From the NCBI RefSeq assembly GCF_963921235.1, contig NC_086097.1:223760001-223824000 (forward strand): 64,000 bases of DNA, written 5' to 3'. The notes beneath the pieces were generated by a model. The model made no database searches and had not been told where the DNA came from. It saw only the letters and a program-made list of their open reading frames with translations. The first letter of the stretch is position 1. Each line of letters begins with the position of its first letter. Shown one piece after another: positions 59,802-64,000 of this stretch. Made by a program: the position numbers and the translations under genes. This DNA comes from Mobula hypostoma (Eukaryota).

Positions 59802-59901
59802 ACAACACACACAAAATGCTGAAGGAACTCAGCAGGCCAGGCAGCATCTACGGAAAAGAGTAAACGGTCGATGTTTCGGGCCGAGACCCTTCATCAGGAC
59901 T
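59802..59901 (-). mobile_element. 100-bp PLE insert consisting of a hammerhead motif plus tail
   Basis: The minus strand reads AGUC CUGAUGA AGGG UCUCGG CCC GAAA C AUC GAC...CAGCATTTTGTGTGTGTTG. Confidence 0.85.
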
Positions 59902-59904
59902 TGC

Positions 59905-60740
59905 AGATCTGTTATTGTAGATTGCCAAGGGATCTTGATCAGTTAGGGTGCTGAGCCAAGGAGCAGCAATTCGATTTCAACACAAGTAAGCATGAGGTGA
60001 TGTATTTTGGGAAGACAAACCAGCATAGAATTTATACTATGAATGGTAGGGAGTTAGGAGTACAAGTGTACTTCGGAGTCTGTTGAAAGCAGCATCACAG
60101 GCTGGTGAAAAAGGTGTTTAACACACTAGTCTGGGCTGTAAGTATAGGAATTGTGATATTATGTTGTAGTTGTACAAGTCATTGGTGAGGCCACACTTGA
60201 AGTACTGTGTACAGTTTTGGTCAGTGTGTTATAGGAACAATAAACCTGTTAAACTCTAAAGAGTGTACAAAAGATTAATAAGGTTGTTGCCAGTACTGGA
60301 GGGACTGAGTTTAGGGAGGGTTTAGCTAAGCCAGGTCGTCATTCCTTGGAAGACAGGAGAATGAGAGGCGACCTTTCAGAAATGTTTAAAATTATGATAG
60401 GCATAGAAAAGCGGATGGTAACAGTTCTTTTCCCAGGGTAGGAGAGAGTAAAACTAGGAGCATAGATTTAGGGAGAGAGAGGAAAGTTTCAAAAGGGACC
60501 TGAGGCAACTACTTCTGCAGAGGGTGGCATTGAATACATGGAATGAACTGCCAGAGGAATTGGTTGAGGCAGATACAATAATATTATTTATGAAACACTT
60601 GGGCAGATAAATGGTGTGGCGGGGCTTTGAGGGATATGGGCCGTACACAGGAAATTGTTCCTATGTGCCTTGCGGTCAGCATAGCCTGGACGAGGAACTT
60701 GTGTGGTGCTGTATTGCTCTGTGACCCTATGACCTTGTAT
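59905..60740 (+). mobile_element. Degenerate CR1 3' fragment
   Basis: Motifs LYKSLVRPHLKYCVQFWS, RRMRGDL, KTRSI and WNELPEELVEA. Confidence 0.8.
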
Positions 60741-61028
60741 TGAGCTTTATAGAATCCCAGTTTAGACACCCTTGCAGTCACTAGCATTGAACTATTGATG
60801 AGTGCATTTTAGGTTCAGCTAGGATTGAGATTTAGGGACCTGTGCAGTAATTTAAGTTTGTTAGCTTGTGGAGAGGCACACGATGTACATTTCATGTGTG
60901 TTGTGTGCATCCTTAGTTACATGGTGGTACCCTGTCCATGCCTTTGCTGTTCAAACTCCACTGCCAACCTCTCTGTTATGTTTTTCTGACACTTGTGACC
61001 ATATCAAAGGTGTTGCTTCAATCTATAA

Positions 61029-61345
61029 TGGTGGTACGGTAGCGTAGTGGTTAGTGCAATGTTATAACGGCGGCAGCTGTTAAAACGGAGTTCAATCCAG
61101 CTGGTGTCTGTGTGGAGTTTGTACGTTCACCCTGTGACCATGTGTGTTTCCTCTGGGTGCTCTGGTTTCCTCTCACATTCCAGTGACGTACGGAGAGGTT
61201 GAGGTTGTGCAATGTTAGTGTCGGAAACATGGTGACACTTGCAGGCTGCCCAGAACAATCCTTGCTTATTTGATTTGATGCAAATGTTGCATTTCACTGT
61301 TTGTTTGGACATACGTGTGACAGATAAAGCCAATCTTACTCTTAA
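61029..61345 (+). mobile_element. V-SINE with tRNA head
   Basis: A box GTAGCGTAGTGG, B box GAGTTCAATCC and V-domain TTTCCTCTGGGTGCTCTGGTTTCCTCTCACATTCC. Confidence 0.78.
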
Positions 61346-62219
61346 TGATCCTTTGATATCGCCTCCAAAAATTCAAGCATCAGTCGGTAGTGACATTCCC
61401 TTAAGAAACCAGTACTGACTGTTCTTTTGGTTAATCTGTACTATTCTGCATGGTACTGTCCCTTAGAGAATATATTCCTGTTATTTTTCCCACCGTAGAA
61501 GTTAGACTAATTAGCATGTAATTACCCGCCTTGTCTTTTTCTCCCTGCGTGATCAGAGAAGCAGAAAGATTGAACAGACATTCATAACCATGTAACGTTA
61601 GGTCATGCGTGAATGCAAGTGAATAGAGTGCAAACTGTCTGGTGCTTGAGTTCCCTATTAGTATCACATGCAAATAAATCAGGGGCATTGCTAAGTGAAC
61701 ATGTAATTTGAAACAGAGTCTGTTCCTAAAAATATACTTTAAAGAGCCTCTTGCGTTGCCTAGCTGTATGGTGTCCATGTTCTTCAGAATTCACTTGAGG
61801 AAATCAAGAAACTGGCTATTTGATCCAGTGGTAAGTTTTACTGGTTTGCCAAGTTAGTTCACTGTGGTGACGCAGGATTCAGAAATTGATTCTCCCAATA
61901 AGGAATCTAGGATCTTCTCAGTGTCTTCATCCAACAGTAGGAAGGTACACGGAGCTTTGGGTGTAGATCAGTGAACTATCACCCCACACAACAGCCCCAC
62001 CACCACCACCATGTAGATTCCACAGATGGAAGATGCTGAAAAAATCTTTAAGCCCTGTGTTGTGCTGCTCACATAACGCTATCATCCTCTGACTTAATAC
62101 AATAAATGCAGGGGTGAAATTCTTTCATCATTCAGGAGAAAATTCAGTGTGATCAGGCATCTTTATTTATTGTCAGATCCCTGCGAGTGTTGATAAGGCA
62201 AAACAAACTGATAACTTAA

Positions 62220-62637
62220 TTTTCTCTTCTCCCTCTCCCCTCTCCTCTTCCCCTCCCCCTTTTCCCATTCATTCACTGTCTCCTTCGTCCCCCTACTCCC
62301 CCTCTTCCTCTCTGCCTCACTCCTCTAACCCTGTCCCCTTCTTCCCCTTCTCCTCCCCTCTCCCTTCCCCTCCTCTCTCTGTCCTCTCCTCACCTCGCCT
62401 CCACCTCTCACACCCTCTCCCATAGTCTTCTTCATCTCACTTTTCCCTTCTCCTCCCCCTCTCCTCCCTACACCCCCACTTCCCCTACTACCCCTCTCCC
62501 CCTCTCTTCACCCTCCCCACTCTCCCCCTCCCATTTTCTGCCCTTCTCTCTCTCTCCCCTTTTCCCTCTCTCCGTTCTCTCTCCCCAACTCTCCCTGCTC
62601 CTTCTCTCCCCCCCTCCCACCCTCCCCCTCTTCTCCA
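62220..62637. repeat. C/T-rich low-complexity tract (~420 bp)
   Basis: Almost exclusively pyrimidines on the + strand. Confidence 0.9.
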
Positions 62638-63491
62638 TGTGCACTGCTGTTGGTAGGACATAGGACGATCAAGCAAGTGGACACTTAAAGGTTAACTACG
62701 CAAGATCCAAGGAATATGATCCCCAACAATGCAGTGTGAAAGTCAGTCCTCTCCAATTGGTATTACAGCGGTAGATAATAGAGACCCACTTGGACTGAAG
62801 AGTGACAGATACAGACAGGTGCAGCTTTGGTTTCTGCTGTCAGAGGAGCAACAAGAGTATTGTGAGTCGAGATTACCTCTGAGCCCAGTGAACTATTAAT
62901 CTTGTACTAATGGTTGTAAGATGAAGCAGAGTTAATTAAAGAACTTCCAAGGGAAACCATGGGGGTGCCAGGTGGAAAGATGGTGGCTGGAATGTGCCGA
63001 CACAGTTTACATGGGAACAGCTGCACTTTTCTTTATTTAGAAAGTACTCGGAGTTTTTTAGAAGAAATAGCAGACCCTCTTTTTAAAGTGCCACTATGTT
63101 CAAGTGATACATTGTGGCCCTGGGTGGCGTTTTAATTTGAAAAGCATAAAATGTAGGATTGAGTACGCGCATCACACCAATTACATACTGTAGTTTTGCT
63201 TTCAATCTGATCTAATTTTAGATGAATTGCAAGTAGGCTCCAGCTGTAGTTTATTTTAGCTGCTTCTAAAACTGTCGGAGACACAGCAGCAGCACAGGCT
63301 GAGAAGTTTGCAGTGAGGACTCTTTGACTGTGAGCAGAAGAATGAGACCCAGCGAATGCAAGCTGAAGTTAAAACTTTGAACTTGCGCTCATCACGTTGA
63401 TTCTATTTAAGACATGAATATTTTGGCGCAATAGCTCAGTCATCTTAGACCAGCCCAGATGCAACCATACCTAATCCTAACCCTAATCCTA

Positions 63492-63841
63492 TTGAACGTT
63501 AAAAGGCCTAGACAGGGTGGACATGGAGAGGATGTTTCCCATAGTGGGGGAGTTTAGGATCAGAAGGCACAGCCTCAGAATAGGATGTGCTTTAGAACAG
63601 AGATGAGGAGGAATTTCTTTAGCTAGAGGGTGGTAGATCTGTGGAATTCAATCCCACGGACAGCTGTGGTAGCTAGGTCATTGGGTATATTTAAAGTAGA
63701 GGTTGATAGGTTCTTGAATAGTAAGGGCGTCAAAGGTTACGGGGAGAAGGCAGGAGAACAGGGCTGATAAGGATAATAACTCAGCCATGACGGAATGGCA
63801 GAGCAGACTCGATGGGCCAAATGACCTAATTCTGCTCCTAT
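63492..63841 (+). mobile_element. CR1 3' end
   Basis: LKGLDRVDMERMFP...RNFFS*RVVDLWNS. The 3' UTR matches the 2300-2415 copy. Confidence 0.9.
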
Positions 63842-63842
63842 T

Positions 63843-63987
63843 GGCAGGAGATTCTGCAGATGCTGGAAATAGAGTTAAAGATCTTGAGCAACAAATACAA
63901 AATGCTGGAAGAACTCAGCAGGTCATGCTGCATCTACGGAGGGAGACGAACAGTTAAAGTTTCAGGCCGACACCCTTCATCAGGACT
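63843..63987 (-). mobile_element. Short PLE insert: hammerhead-like motif plus extended tail
   Basis: The minus strand reads AGUC CUGAUGA AGG GUGUCGG CCU GAAA C UUU AACUG, followed by the tail. Confidence 0.82.
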
Positions 63988-64000
63988 CAGATTTAGTCTG

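Noticed and set aside
63470..63491. CCTAATCCTAACCCTAATCCTA, resembling an interstitial telomeric repeat
   Set aside because: There is only one perfect CCCTAA unit, too short to distinguish from chance.

Overview
This is eukaryotic, repeat-dense DNA, most likely intronic or intergenic sequence from a cartilaginous fish. The taxon is inferred from the HE1-like V-SINEs, Deu-SINE remnants and abundant CR1 LINEs; a ray is plausible. I recognise no intact host protein-coding gene, and most ORFs in the track are pieces of decayed transposable elements. The window is a layered mosaic of CR1 LINEs (three long copies, one with an esterase ORF1), Rex1/Babar LINEs and Penelope-like element (PLE) fragments. 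It also holds a Mag-type Ty3/Gypsy element with a matching solo LTR, an unclassified 1-kb solo LTR, Tc1 transposons and derivatives, a ZNF862-like hAT element, hAT MITEs and several SINE families. The most interesting signals are: (1) about ten minimal hammerhead-ribozyme motifs carried by PLE termini, two with intact cores, and several ~100-150 bp insertions that begin right at the ribozyme; (2) a mariner MITE whose two arms are both the transposase 3' end; (3) an ORF-less RTE derivative and a tRNA/CORE SINE that share a 3' half; (4) a 54-nt perfect RNA hairpin in unique sequence; (5) several three-layer nested insertions with readable target-site duplications (TSDs). All family assignments come from motif recognition by eye, not database searches.
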